From contig CP070794.1 of NCBI GenBank assembly GCA_020343435.1, forward strand, positions 239,558-303,557: 64,000 nt of DNA. The letters run 5' to 3'. Each line of letters opens with the position of its first letter. Position 1 is the first letter of the stretch. A program made the position numbers and the translations under genes. The DNA is from an archaeon. Lineage in GTDB: Archaea; Nanobdellota; Nanobdellia; Pacearchaeales; UBA284. Under the pieces are notes generated by a model. That model did no database searches. It was given only the letters and a program-made list of their open reading frames with translations, and was not told the DNA's origin. This document shows, piece by piece, positions 15,252 to 25,471 of the stretch.

Positions 15252-16391
15252 ATGCCAACAGTTTCTATAAAGAAATGTAAGACTTATGATAAAAAGAAGG
15301 TTAAGAAATTAATTTTAGATAGTTTAAAGGAAATTGGATTTAATCTCAATAAATGGAAAAATAAACGAATTCTACTTAAACCAAATTTATTAGGTCCATA
15401 TCCTCCAAAAGATTGTATTACTACACATCCTATTGTTATAGAAGCTGTTGCTGAGATTTTTAAGAAAGTTACTAAGAAAATTACAATAGCTGATTCTTCT
15501 GATATAAGTTTTGAAAGAGATACAAAAGCTCTAGAAGTTACTGGAATGAAGAAAGTAGCTAAGAAATTAAAAATTAATACTTTTATTTTCAAAGCAGAAG
15601 ATATGATGCATGAAAAAACTCATGGAAAAGTTCTAAAAGAGATATGTTTGGCTAAAAGTCTTAAAGATTTTGACTTAATTGTTAATATTCCTAAACTTAA
15701 AACACATATGTTAACTGAAATGACTGCTGCTGTTAAGAACTTATTTGGTTTAGTTCCTTCATTTTACAAAAGAAAATATCATATACTTGGAAAGAATCAT
15801 ACAAAGTTTGCTAATCTTATTGTAGATATCTTTAAACATATTAAACCTGAACTAAGTATTCTTGATGCTATTGAAGGATTAGAAGGAGATGGACCTGGAA
15901 AAACAGGAATCCCTAAGAAAACTGGATTAATTTTAACTTCAGATAATGCTCTTGCTTTAGATCTTGTTGTAGCAGATATAACTGGTTTTGAAAATCTATT
16001 AACTAATAAGTATGGATTAGAAAGAGGGTTAATTAAAAAGAACTTTAAAGTTATTGGAGAAAAACCTAAAATCCCTTATAAGAAACCTTCTGGAATAAAA
16101 CTTACTCTTGCACCCATTGTAATTAATCTATTCCATGATTTTGTTGTTAAGAAACCATATATCAATGAAAAATGTCAAAAATGTATGAAATGTGTTGGAG
16201 CTTGTCCAGCTGAAGCAATGAAATTAAAGAATGGAAAGATAGTTATTGATAGATCTAAATGCATCTACTGTTATTGCTGTTCAGAATTCTGCCCTTACAA
16301 GGCTATAGATCATAAAAGGAGCTTTATTGGAAATTATTTAGAAAGGTTGCATAATAAACTTATGAAAAGACCTACAAAAAAATGCTCGTAA
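15252..16391 (+). CDS. DUF362 domain protein with a C-terminal 2x[4Fe-4S] ferredoxin domain
   Basis: RILLKPNLLGP..ITTHPIVIEAV is the DUF362-type N-terminus. CQKCMKCVGACP and CIYCYCCSEFCP are the cluster motifs. Confidence 0.75.
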   Translation: MPTVSIKKCKTYDKKKVKKLILDSLKEIGFNLNKWKNKRILLKPNLLGPYPPKDCITTHPIVIEAVAEIFKKVTKKITIADSSDISFERDTKALEVTGMKKVAKKLKINTFIFKAEDMMHEKTHGKVLKEICLAKSLKDFDLIVNIPKLKTHMLTEMTAAVKNLFGLVPSFYKRKYHILGKNHTKFANLIVDIFKHIKPELSILDAIEGLEGDGPGKTGIPKKTGLILTSDNALALDLVVADITGFENLLTNKYGLERGLIKKNFKVIGEKPKIPYKKPSGIKLTLAPIVINLFHDFVVKKPYINEKCQKCMKCVGACPAEAMKLKNGKIVIDRSKCIYCYCCSEFCPYKAIDHKRSFIGNYLERLHNKLMKRPTKKCS

Positions 16392-16948
16392 TTATTTTTC
16401 CTATGAAATCTGAAGCTGCTTCTTTTAAGAAAAAGATTGGTAAAAAGAGGGTTAAGGTGATAATTGGAGGGATTGGAAAGGAGATTCTTAAGATATTACC
16501 CAAAATTGATGAAAAAGACAAGGTTATACTTGCAGGATTTGCTAAATCAGTAAACAAATCCATAAATGTTGGAGAGGTTGTTGTAGCAAATAAGATACAA
16601 GGTAAAAAAATAAGAGTTCCTAAAGAATTTTCTAAGAAAAAATTAGTCTCTCTGTATACTGCTGATAAAGTTGTCTATCATTTTAATAAAAAAGGTTATG
16701 ATATCATAGATATGGAAGCCAAGCACTTGGTGAACAAGGTGGGAAATCTAGTTGTTGTTCGAGCAATATCAGATAGTGAAGAAGATATAAGTTTCTTGAA
16801 TAAATTTAATGGAGTTCCTAAGATATTCAGACCATTTCTTTTAGATGTAACAGAATGTCAGAGTCTTTTGAGACTTATGAGGAATTCTAAGATTGCTGGA
16901 AGGAATTTAGCAGCTTATTTAACTAAGATTGTAAAGAGATACTCCTAA
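16382..16948 (+). CDS. Nucleoside phosphorylase superfamily (PNP_UDP_1, MTA/SAH-nucleosidase-like) protein
   Basis: MLVIIFPMKSEAASF, IIDMEAKHL and VVVRAISDSEED resemble family motifs. Weak call. Confidence 0.5.
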   Translation: MLVIIFPMKSEAASFKKKIGKKRVKVIIGGIGKEILKILPKIDEKDKVILAGFAKSVNKSINVGEVVVANKIQGKKIRVPKEFSKKKLVSLYTADKVVYHFNKKGYDIIDMEAKHLVNKVGNLVVVRAISDSEEDISFLNKFNGVPKIFRPFLLDVTECQSLLRLMRNSKIAGRNLAAYLTKIVKRYS

Positions 16949-18161
16949 TTTTCATTTCTTTTAGACAAGGATCTTTGCTTAATGTATTAAAGAATTTTCT
17001 AAAAGAAGTTTCTCTTTTTGCTTTAGCATAAATTCTTCCATTTTTGATAACTGTTTTCTTCCATTTTTTCTTAAATGCATTAACAAACTTAGTTCCAGCT
17101 TTAATTGGTGGTCCTGGAACTGTAGTATCTTTTGAAGGTTCTTTGATCACAAAGAAGAATTCTGCGTTTAGATTCTCTTCATTGAAATCTAGATAAGATT
17201 TTTGTATTGTAAATCTGTTTTTCTTTGATTTATAGATAATAAAATTAAATAATTTCTTTATCTTTGCTCCAGCTATATCTACTTTATTTGATTTTGCTTT
17301 AGCTTTTATTAAGAAAAAGTTCTTTCCCCTCCATTTAGAAAGATCTAGTTTTTGTTTAAAGAAATATTTTTCTGATGGTTTTTTTAAGAATTTTTTACAA
17401 GAATTAATAAATCTCTTGTAAGTTTCTTTACTTATTGCTGCTGTAACATTTCTACTTGCTTGTGTTGGATCCACAACAACCAATGGAGAGACTAATTTAG
17501 CATAATTTAAGTTGTTTAAGATGTCATTTTTGTTTCTATAATGTTTTTCTGGATCTAGAACTTCTTTACCTTTCCATTTTGATGCTGATCTTATGAAATT
17601 CTGGAAAGTTTTGTAATAAGATACTAAAACTTCTAAAGCATAACCTGAGAATCCTTGTATGTAAGATTCTGCACCATAACAATCTTGTGAAAAACAGAAT
17701 GCTTTTGTTAGTTTTATTTCATCAGCTAATTTTGGAGTTCTTTTAATCTTTTTCAAGACATAATCTACATGGAAGTAAGAGATATCTGTTATATTCTTTG
17801 CTTGATCTGGATCTGATATTTTCAATGTTGGAACTAATTCAACAATAAGATTTTTAGCTAATCTAATTTGGAAATAATCTCTAGATCCCTTAAGAATCTG
17901 GTATTTTAGTTTTAATTTTTTTAATATTGCTCTTAAATCTCTAGAAGGGTCTAAAGATTTGTTAAATCTGATAAAAATATCAACATCATATACTTTCTTT
18001 TTGATTAGTGTTTTTTTAGCAAAAGATCCACCAAGTAGAATCTTAAAACCATTTTTTTTCTTAAGTTTATTGATAAATAGATTTACTTTATCTGAAATTT
18101 CTTTTTCTTCAGATTTAGGAATTTTTATCTTTTTTATTACAGTATTTAGAACTGATTTCAT
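16923..18161 (-). CDS. cca: Archaeal (class I) CCA-adding tRNA nucleotidyltransferase
   Basis: LGGSFAKKTLIKKKVYDVDIFIRF (G-S...D-x-D), YGAESYIQGFSGYALEVLV and VVVDPTQASRNVTAAIS parallel archaeal CCA enzymes. Confidence 0.85.
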   Translation of the reverse strand: MKSVLNTVIKKIKIPKSEEKEISDKVNLFINKLKKKNGFKILLGGSFAKKTLIKKKVYDVDIFIRFNKSLDPSRDLRAILKKLKLKYQILKGSRDYFQIRLAKNLIVELVPTLKISDPDQAKNITDISYFHVDYVLKKIKRTPKLADEIKLTKAFCFSQDCYGAESYIQGFSGYALEVLVSYYKTFQNFIRSASKWKGKEVLDPEKHYRNKNDILNNLNYAKLVSPLVVVDPTQASRNVTAAISKETYKRFINSCKKFLKKPSEKYFFKQKLDLSKWRGKNFFLIKAKAKSNKVDIAGAKIKKLFNFIIYKSKKNRFTIQKSYLDFNEENLNAEFFFVIKEPSKDTTVPGPPIKAGTKFVNAFKKKWKKTVIKNGRIYAKAKRETSFRKFFNTLSKDPCLKEMKIRSISLQS

Positions 18162-19675
18162 CTTATCTCATAAGGTTTAACTTGTTTTGCTATCTTCTCA
18201 GCATACTTAAGTTTATCTTTTGATTCTGAATAAATTGTAAATAGAATATCTCCTTGAATAACCTTATCTCCTTTTTTCTTGTATAATGTTAATCCAGCAG
18301 ACTTATCTCCAGGACAACCAGCCATTTTAGCTACTAAAGCTATTTTTTTATTCATTATTGATGTTACTACCCCATTCTTTGGAGATTTAATAGATACTGA
18401 GTATTTAGCTACTTCTAGTGTTTGTTCAAAATTAACTTTTCCTCCTTGTGCTAATACAATCTGTCTAAATTTTTTATATGCTCTTCCAGAATAAAGCAAT
18501 AATTTACATATTGATAAAGCATCTCTGTAACCCATCTTTCCAGTTAATGCTAGTAATTCTGCAGAGATCATTAGAGATTTTGTTTCTAGATCTTTTGCTC
18601 TTTTCTTTTCATTTTTTAATACTCTTAAGACATCTATCATTTCAGGTATTGGACCAATTTTGTTACCTATTGGTTCTCTTCCATCTGTTAAAATTGGCTT
18701 TGTTTTTATCTTAAATCTATCTGCCATTTGTAGAAATCTATTCTTAATTCTTATAGCATCTTTAAATGAAAATTTTGATGATGGCCCATAAGGTATATCT
18801 ATTATAACATGGGTTGCTCCATCTGCTATTTTTTTAGACATTACACTAGAGATTAACTGAGGTTCTGCATCTAAAGATAATAATGTTTCTATTTTTACTA
18901 TCTTATCATCTGCTGGAGATAATTTTAATGCACTATTCCAAACTAGACAAGCTTTTGTTTTTTTGAGGATTTTTCTTATTTCTGAGGTTAAAAATTCTAC
19001 TCTTGAAACTGTTTCCATAACATCTGCTGTTCCTGCTGCTGATGTAATTGCTCTAGAAGCTGTTTTTGGGAATACAGCATTTAATTTTAAGTAATCTATT
19101 GCTGCAGCAACTATAGAGATAACAATTGGACTTGTTCTGTTTCCTGCTACCCCACCACATGAATGTAAATCTAGAGCAAATTTCTCTTTATGTTTTAAAA
19201 TACCTCCTGTTTTAACCATAGCTTTAGTTAAAAAAACCATCTCTTCAAAAGATAATCCATTGTAATATACAGCAGAAACAAAAAATGCTATTTCAGATTC
19301 TGTTAATCTTCCTTGAGAAATGTCTGATATAATCGAATACATTTCTGTGAAATTTAATCTCTGTCCCCTCATTTTTTTAGAAATATGGCTTACACTAAAT
19401 GGGTGGATCTCAGCACTCACATCAACAAAATCTCCTTTTCTGAGCCCTAATTCTTTGAAAACATCTTGTGTCAATGCAATGTCTCCAACATTGAGAATTT
19501 CTACAGCAACATCAACAACTGCTGTCACCCATTTTCTTTTTTTATTATCCTTATAATACTTTCTTATCTTGATTCTACTGTCTTCAGAAACTCTTAATCT
19601 TTCTGCAACTGATTTGTGTAGTACTGCAATTGGTTTTTCAGCAGCTAAATTAAGTGGTTTTGCTCTTAACTTCAT
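18158..19675 (-). CDS. AMP phosphorylase (thymidine-phosphorylase family with the archaeal N-terminal extension)
   Basis: 505 aa. HSCGGVAGNRTSPIV and TSAAGTADVME are TP-family motifs. An N-terminal ~85-aa extension is typical of the archaeal AMPpase. Confidence 0.8.
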   Translation of the reverse strand: MKLRAKPLNLAAEKPIAVLHKSVAERLRVSEDSRIKIRKYYKDNKKRKWVTAVVDVAVEILNVGDIALTQDVFKELGLRKGDFVDVSAEIHPFSVSHISKKMRGQRLNFTEMYSIISDISQGRLTESEIAFFVSAVYYNGLSFEEMVFLTKAMVKTGGILKHKEKFALDLHSCGGVAGNRTSPIVISIVAAAIDYLKLNAVFPKTASRAITSAAGTADVMETVSRVEFLTSEIRKILKKTKACLVWNSALKLSPADDKIVKIETLLSLDAEPQLISSVMSKKIADGATHVIIDIPYGPSSKFSFKDAIRIKNRFLQMADRFKIKTKPILTDGREPIGNKIGPIPEMIDVLRVLKNEKKRAKDLETKSLMISAELLALTGKMGYRDALSICKLLLYSGRAYKKFRQIVLAQGGKVNFEQTLEVAKYSVSIKSPKNGVVTSIMNKKIALVAKMAGCPGDKSAGLTLYKKKGDKVIQGDILFTIYSESKDKLKYAEKIAKQVKPYEIR

Positions 19676-19687
19676 TTATACCTCTTT

Positions 19688-20731
19688 TTATTTCTTTTTA
19701 CTTAATTTTACTCCGTTCTTTCTAAAACCTTTTTCTTTATAGGTTTGTACAGTCATTCTTAATAATTCTAATATAATTGGACCTATAATTAATCCTATTG
19801 GTCCTAATAATGATAATCCTCCCAACATACCTATTAACGCTAATGCTGGATTAATATGTCCTCTTCTTCCTACAACTAATGGACGCACAATATTTTCTAT
19901 TGTTCCCACAACTAATAATCCAAATATGATTAATAGAATTCCATTTACAGAATTTCCTCCTGCAATCATTGCTAATCCTACTGGTGCCCATACTAACCAT
20001 GATCCAATGAAAGGAAGGATTGATAAGAACATTGCTAAGATAGTGAAGAATAAAGGTGATGGAGCATTAAAAACATAGAATCCTAATCCTGCAACTGCTC
20101 CTTGAATTATTCCTACTATAACCATTCCATAAATAGTTGCTCCTGTAATTTTTTTTGATCTTTCTATGAATCTTTCACTAGTTTGTTCTTTGAAAGGAAG
20201 GACTTTTTTTACAGAAGCTAAGATCTTTCCACCTTCTTTTAAGAAATAGAAGGTCACAAACATTAAGATAAACATTTGGAATAAAATCTTTGGAATATTG
20301 CTTATTGCATCTCCTAATTGGCTAATAAATTGATTAGTTATGGATGTTATTCCTCTTTGTATTGCTGTTGAAAATTCAGTAGTTATTTGAACATTACCAA
20401 ATATTTTTGTTAAGAATCTATCTATAACTTGATAAGAATCTAATTTTTGTATTGAAAGATAAAGATTAAATGCTTCTTTTATTGCTGCTTGTGCTAAGAT
20501 ATAGAATAAGAAAGCTAGACCTAAAACAACTACAACAACTATGATAATTCCTGCTATGTTTCTATTTTTAATTAATTTAGAAAGTTTTTTGAAAGGCCAG
20601 TTTAGAATATAAGCTAGAACTCCTGCAGCTAGGACTACTGCAATATAATCCCTTACAATAAAGAATGCAATTACAATTAAAGCGATAAATATAATTAGAA
20701 GTGCGGCTTTTCTTCCACCATCTTGAACCAT
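19688..20731 (-). CDS. AI-2E family (PerM/UPF0118) transporter
   Basis: 8-TM pattern with the conserved C-terminal ..GLLVVGTIENIVRPLVVGR..HINPALALIGMLGG. Confidence 0.8.
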   Translation of the reverse strand: MVQDGGRKAALLIIFIALIVIAFFIVRDYIAVVLAAGVLAYILNWPFKKLSKLIKNRNIAGIIIVVVVVLGLAFLFYILAQAAIKEAFNLYLSIQKLDSYQVIDRFLTKIFGNVQITTEFSTAIQRGITSITNQFISQLGDAISNIPKILFQMFILMFVTFYFLKEGGKILASVKKVLPFKEQTSERFIERSKKITGATIYGMVIVGIIQGAVAGLGFYVFNAPSPLFFTILAMFLSILPFIGSWLVWAPVGLAMIAGGNSVNGILLIIFGLLVVGTIENIVRPLVVGRRGHINPALALIGMLGGLSLLGPIGLIIGPIILELLRMTVQTYKEKGFRKNGVKLSKKK

Positions 20732-20823
20732 ATAATTAAGATCTTTTTTTTGTTTATAAAGCTTATTAATTGTGGTTTTCGAGAATAATAATCCTTTTAA
20801 ATTTGGAAAAAGATTAAAATAAA

Positions 20824-21357
20824 ATGGGAAATGTGTTTAGATATCTTTTGCCTTTAGTACCCTTAATAGTCCTTGCATATATGGCTTCTCAGGTAATGAG
20901 ACCCAGGGAAATTAAGTGGGGAGGGACTATTGGAGGTCTTTCTGTTACTAAAAGAGAATGTTTTTCTCCAGTTCCATTTTCTCCAAACTGGAGCCACCTT
21001 AGTTTAGAATCTAGTAATGGGGAGAGAGAAGTGATTTTTAATTCTCGTCCCAGAAGCACACTCGGAGAACCAGGAGATTATGTGTTGTTAACCTCTTCAG
21101 ATGGAAATTCTGTTAAATATGAGAGTAACAGAACCTCTTTTTGGAATAAAGATGAAATGGTTAGAGATACTACTAGATTAGAAGATACTTTAACTTTTGA
21201 AAATCCTTTTGGTCCTTCTACAGAGCCTATTGCTCTCTCTCCAACAACAGATGTTTTTTATTCTTCTATGGTTACCCACAATGTTTTTTCTAGACCCACA
21301 GATCTCTATGTTCCTCAAGATAATTCTACTGGATTAAAATTTATTGTAAAACAATAA
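20824..21357 (+). CDS. Membrane-anchored hypothetical protein (ORFan class)
   Basis: N-terminal TM segment MGNVFRYLLPLVPLIVLAYMASQV. Promoter 19-mer 20787-20805 is identical to 3267-3285, with the TATA 29 nt upstream of the ATG. Confidence 0.5.
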   Translation: MGNVFRYLLPLVPLIVLAYMASQVMRPREIKWGGTIGGLSVTKRECFSPVPFSPNWSHLSLESSNGEREVIFNSRPRSTLGEPGDYVLLTSSDGNSVKYESNRTSFWNKDEMVRDTTRLEDTLTFENPFGPSTEPIALSPTTDVFYSSMVTHNVFSRPTDLYVPQDNSTGLKFIVKQ

Positions 21358-21394
21358 CAACAATTAATTTAAATCAAGAATTCTTATATGTTTT

Positions 21395-22249
21395 ATGATA
21401 AGGAAACCTGTTGTAGCTGGACAGTTTTATGAATCTGATCCTGAAAAACTAAAACAACAAATCAGGGGTTGTTTTTTACATAGATTTGGACCAGGAAAAC
21501 TTCCATTACATGAATCTAGTAATAAAAGATTAGGATTAGTTGTTCCTCATGCAGGTTATTTGTTTTCAGGACCATGTGCTGCTCATGCTTATTCTGAATT
21601 TGTTAAACATAAAGTAAACACAGTTATTTTACTAGGTCCAAATCATTCTGGTATCTCAAAAACATTTTTCTCAGTTTCATTTAAAGATTTTCAAACTCCT
21701 TTAGGTGTTGTTAGAAATAATAAAGCTTTAGGAAGAAAGATTGTCCAAGAAACAGAAGCTGATCAAGATGAAGATGCTCATGAAAATGAACATTCCTTAG
21801 AAGTTCAATTACCTTTTTTACAATTTATTTCTCAAGATTTTAATATTGTTCCTATTTTAATCTCTTCTCCAACTTATGAAAGATGTAAAGAATTTGCTTT
21901 GAAATTAGCTGAATTAGTTGATGAGAATACTGCTATTATTGCTTCAAGTGATTTTACCCATTATGGTCCTAATTATGGGTTTTTACCTTTTAATTTTGAT
22001 ATGAATGGTAAGAAAAAGTTATATGATCTAGATAAAAGTATTATTGGTGAGATTTTAAGATTAAATGATAAAAGATTTTTTGATAAGGCAAGTAAAAGTA
22101 CTGTTTGTGGTTTGTTTCCCATATTAACAGTAATGGAATTCTGTAATAAATTAAAGGTTGAAAATGTTAAATTGTTAAAATATTATACTAGTTCTGATAT
22201 TCAAGAAGCTAATAATTCAGTAGGGTATGCTTCTATAATGTTTAATTAG
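21395..22249 (+). CDS. MEMO1-family protein (AmmeMemoRadiSam system protein B)
   Basis: RKPVVAGQFYESDPEKLKQQI and LVVPHAGYLFSGPCAAHAY are signature motifs. Confidence 0.85.
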   Translation: MIRKPVVAGQFYESDPEKLKQQIRGCFLHRFGPGKLPLHESSNKRLGLVVPHAGYLFSGPCAAHAYSEFVKHKVNTVILLGPNHSGISKTFFSVSFKDFQTPLGVVRNNKALGRKIVQETEADQDEDAHENEHSLEVQLPFLQFISQDFNIVPILISSPTYERCKEFALKLAELVDENTAIIASSDFTHYGPNYGFLPFNFDMNGKKKLYDLDKSIIGEILRLNDKRFFDKASKSTVCGLFPILTVMEFCNKLKVENVKLLKYYTSSDIQEANNSVGYASIMFN

Positions 22250-22301
22250 TTTTTAACTTTAAAGGAGTAAGATTTATAAGGTATATTCTGAATTGAATTT
22301 T

Positions 22302-23387
22302 ATGGTAAAAACGAAAAAACTTCCTCTTAGGGAAAGGTTAATCAATCTCTATAATAGACCGGTAGTTCCTAAGGGAGGGGTTACTGAAATAAATGGGGGA
22401 GTATATGAAGCACTGAGAGAACTAAGAAAATTTGGCCCAATGGGGGCATATTCTGAGCAACCATTTGTAGAAGGGGCAACAAGAAGAATAGCTCTATTAA
22501 GAACTCTTGGTTTGGATTTAAACTTGGCATCTGAAGTTGCAAACTCTCCTCCAGCTTTATTAATAGAACAAGCAAATGAATTCTTACTTCGTGCAAATAC
22601 TATCAATAAGTTTAGGAGTGATTTAGTAAAACAATTAAGAGCATCACAAGTTTATTTTCTTCCAAGACCTTTAGCAGAAGATTTCTACGAAGATGAAGTT
22701 CCAGTGGGTGTAGAAGAAGGTGGATTTACAGTCACAACCCCACAATTTCTTAGGTTAACAAAACCCCTAGAATTCGATGGACCAAGTGGAAAAGAAGAGA
22801 TTTCAGCAGTTTTAGTTGGTCAAAATAGATATGGGAGCATATTTGGACAAGTTGATCCAAGATTAGATAATCACTTTTATGTTTCTTTCTTTTATACTAA
22901 GCACAGAGATAGAAGTATTCCAGATGCTCTTTTATTCACTCCAGGTGGTTTAGATAGTGTAGTTAGTGGAGATCTTTCTGGACAAGCTATAGAACTAGGT
23001 TTAACAAGAATGGGAGAAACTAACAAAAGTTTAATGGAGTCAGCTAAAATGGCAAAAATGGCGACAAATGCTCTGGTGTTTTTGAGTTCTGAAAATCTTT
23101 CCACTGTAGATGTGGGACAAGATGGAGAAACTGGAAGAAGATTTTTAATCCCGAATGGAACTTATTCTCCAGATGATGGAGAAGATAACAAGTTAAAATG
23201 GCAGATTCTTGAAAAACCCCATAGACAAAGATATCATTTTGGTCCTGGAGGAAAAGAAGTAAAATGGAAAACAATTTGGTATATTAGGAAAGGACCAAGA
23301 AATGCCTCTTGGCTTAACCCAGATGATTGCAGAAGAGGAAGAGAGTTAGCAGAAGATGTTTACTCTCAAAATCCCCATAACTGGTAA
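22302..23387 (+). CDS. Hypothetical protein (ORFan class)
   Basis: 361-codon ORF. TTTATAAG at 22273 lies 29 nt upstream of ATG 22302 (leaderless spacing); the track TTG 22293 is less likely. Confidence 0.5.
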   Translation: MVKTKKLPLRERLINLYNRPVVPKGGVTEINGGVYEALRELRKFGPMGAYSEQPFVEGATRRIALLRTLGLDLNLASEVANSPPALLIEQANEFLLRANTINKFRSDLVKQLRASQVYFLPRPLAEDFYEDEVPVGVEEGGFTVTTPQFLRLTKPLEFDGPSGKEEISAVLVGQNRYGSIFGQVDPRLDNHFYVSFFYTKHRDRSIPDALLFTPGGLDSVVSGDLSGQAIELGLTRMGETNKSLMESAKMAKMATNALVFLSSENLSTVDVGQDGETGRRFLIPNGTYSPDDGEDNKLKWQILEKPHRQRYHFGPGGKEVKWKTIWYIRKGPRNASWLNPDDCRRGRELAEDVYSQNPHNW

Positions 23388-23452
23388 TAAAAATATATTT
23401 CTTGATTACATAAAAGTATTTAAACGGATTTTTCGAGAGTATTTTATAAAAA

Positions 23453-24790
23453 ATGGATATTCCGTTTACGTCTAAGTGGCACATAAAAGATAAACAAGTG
23501 AGCTCATTGGACGATGCTAGAAGAGAATTGAATGAAGATCTTTCTGTTCTTTCTTATGAAGCATTTGGGGATCCGGATCCTTGTATAAGTTTAACAACTG
23601 AAAGAAGGATATATAGAAGGGTTAAAGAATTGGAGAGGAAAGTTAGAGAATCTGAAGGAAGAGCTTTGGCTCCGTTTGATACTCTTGTTCTTCGAGATAT
23701 AAAAAAGAATACTGAAATGGCCAGAGCATATATGGAGTTTACATCTGGAAAAACTTGGGTGGGGAGTTTTATATCTGGATTGTATGGTAATTCTTCTTAT
23801 TCAAAATTATTGGTTGCAGCTAATAAAGATAATTTCCCCCATGAAAAAGTTGACGAATATAATAAAGCAATTCATTTTATGAGATCTAGACAAGTAGATT
23901 CTGAAACCTTACTTAGATCTCAAGAACCAAGATTTGTGGGATTAAGGGCAGAGTTAAAAGAATTAAGAGATAGAAATAAAGCAATTATTGAGAGATATTT
24001 GGCAAGAGCTAATATAGCTTCTGATATCTCGAAAGATGATCATTTACTTGAATTTTCTCCAGGTTCTGGATTCAGTTTTTGGCAAAATCCAGATATGACA
24101 TTTTTAGATCCAGATAGAATTGTGTGTTACCAAAGGAGAGATGGAAAAGGTTTTGCTTTTTGTGATGCTATGATTAAATTAAGACTTTTACATGAGTTTG
24201 GTGGACATGGATTACAATACCAGAGATCAAAACTAACTATGCCCCGTGGAATGGCTGTAGAAGATGAAGACTTTTTTCAACCAGTACATTCTGTTTTTGC
24301 AGAAGGTACTGCCACGGCCTTAGAGGATGTCGCTTTAAGATCTATGAGAAGATCTAAAAAGAGGTGGGGTTTGTCTCCTGAAGACTTAAAAATTGCCTTG
24401 GTAGAGAAAGAAAGTTATGTACATAGAAAATTACCAGCATCTCTTGACGGGCTTTTTGATATGTTAGAGTCTAGAGAAGACACTACTAAAAGATATCCAG
24501 AAAAATGTAAAAGAACAGCTTTGGCAAGATTGAGTAGGGTAACTGGAGTAAAAAGGTATGGGGTGGATTTTGGATTATTAGATACTCTTTCATTAGATGA
24601 TACTCTTGAAAGATTACGTTACTTTTTTGGGCAACAAAGATATCAACCACTAGTTAGAAAGATGAGAAAAGCTGGCTTAAAAGACGATATGATTATTGCA
24701 GCAATTTCAACAGGGTGGTGGTGTGATCCTGAGGCCCAAGAAGAGTTTATTTTTAAATTACTAGTTCCTGAAATGAAGAAGGCAGCTTGA
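23453..24790 (+). CDS. Hypothetical protein with an HEFGGH...AEG motif (possible DUF885-like gluzincin; ORFan class)
   Basis: LLHEFGGHGLQYQ resembles the HE-x-x-x-H-x-x-Q arrangement I recall for DUF885. A possible third ligand lies in FAEGTATALED. Weak call. Confidence 0.45.
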   Translation: MDIPFTSKWHIKDKQVSSLDDARRELNEDLSVLSYEAFGDPDPCISLTTERRIYRRVKELERKVRESEGRALAPFDTLVLRDIKKNTEMARAYMEFTSGKTWVGSFISGLYGNSSYSKLLVAANKDNFPHEKVDEYNKAIHFMRSRQVDSETLLRSQEPRFVGLRAELKELRDRNKAIIERYLARANIASDISKDDHLLEFSPGSGFSFWQNPDMTFLDPDRIVCYQRRDGKGFAFCDAMIKLRLLHEFGGHGLQYQRSKLTMPRGMAVEDEDFFQPVHSVFAEGTATALEDVALRSMRRSKKRWGLSPEDLKIALVEKESYVHRKLPASLDGLFDMLESREDTTKRYPEKCKRTALARLSRVTGVKRYGVDFGLLDTLSLDDTLERLRYFFGQQRYQPLVRKMRKAGLKDDMIIAAISTGWWCDPEAQEEFIFKLLVPEMKKAA

Positions 24791-24826
24791 GAAAAACTTT
24801 TTATACTATAATTCTTTTTTGTAATC

Positions 24827-25429
24827 ATGGACTGGCGTAAAGTTATAAAAGAGGAGACTGAGAATTCTGGAATAACTATGTTTCCATCTGCAAGTAAAAA
24901 AAAGAAATGGTATCCTTATGTTATTCTACCTTTTGAATGTAGGATGAGTGCAAGATTTCAAAAAGCTTCAATATTAGCTCTAAAAAAACTATTAAAAAAC
25001 TGTTTAAAAGAAGCAACTTGTATTCTTTTACCTGAAGCAAAAGCATTTTTATTGGCTCCTTTTGCTATGGCTATAAATAAAGATATTGTTTTATTAAGAA
25101 AAAGAGACTATCATGTTAAAGGACAGTTTAAGATAAAACAAGCAAAAGCTTATTTAGAAAAAAAGAAGGGAGAGGTTTTATATTGTTTAGGATTACAACC
25201 TGGAGATAGACCTATTTTGATAGATGATGTTCTATCTTCTGGAAAGACAAGTATTGGAATTATAAAAGAAGCTCATAAAAGGGGGATAAGATTTGCGGGG
25301 GTCTCGGCTTTTTATGAAAGGGGTGATGGAATAGATAATGTAAGAAGAGAAACAAATTATAAAGCTAAAGCAGTAGCAAGATTAGAGATTATTGATGAAA
25401 GACCAAGATGTCTCTTACATGATCTTTAG
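24827..25429 (+). CDS. Type I phosphoribosyltransferase (adenine-PRT-like)
   Basis: PRPP-binding motif PILIDDVLSSGKTS. The overall length and layout are APRT-like. Confidence 0.65.
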   Translation: MDWRKVIKEETENSGITMFPSASKKKKWYPYVILPFECRMSARFQKASILALKKLLKNCLKEATCILLPEAKAFLLAPFAMAINKDIVLLRKRDYHVKGQFKIKQAKAYLEKKKGEVLYCLGLQPGDRPILIDDVLSSGKTSIGIIKEAHKRGIRFAGVSAFYERGDGIDNVRRETNYKAKAVARLEIIDERPRCLLHDL

Positions 25430-25471
25430 TATAATAATTTTTAAAAAGAATTGATTATTTTTTGAATCAAA

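Noticed and set aside
22349-23274. Antisense ORFs inside the ORFan genes: 22349-22606, 22381-22596, 22892-23104 and 23044-23274. Similar cases are 36836-37093, 47540-47722, 48199-48510, 52840-53190, 3066-3266 and 35023-35211.
   Set aside because: In every case the sense ORFan is much longer and has a correctly spaced promoter or coupling signal. I therefore kept the longer frame, although strand assignment for the ORFans rests on ORF length and promoter spacing only.
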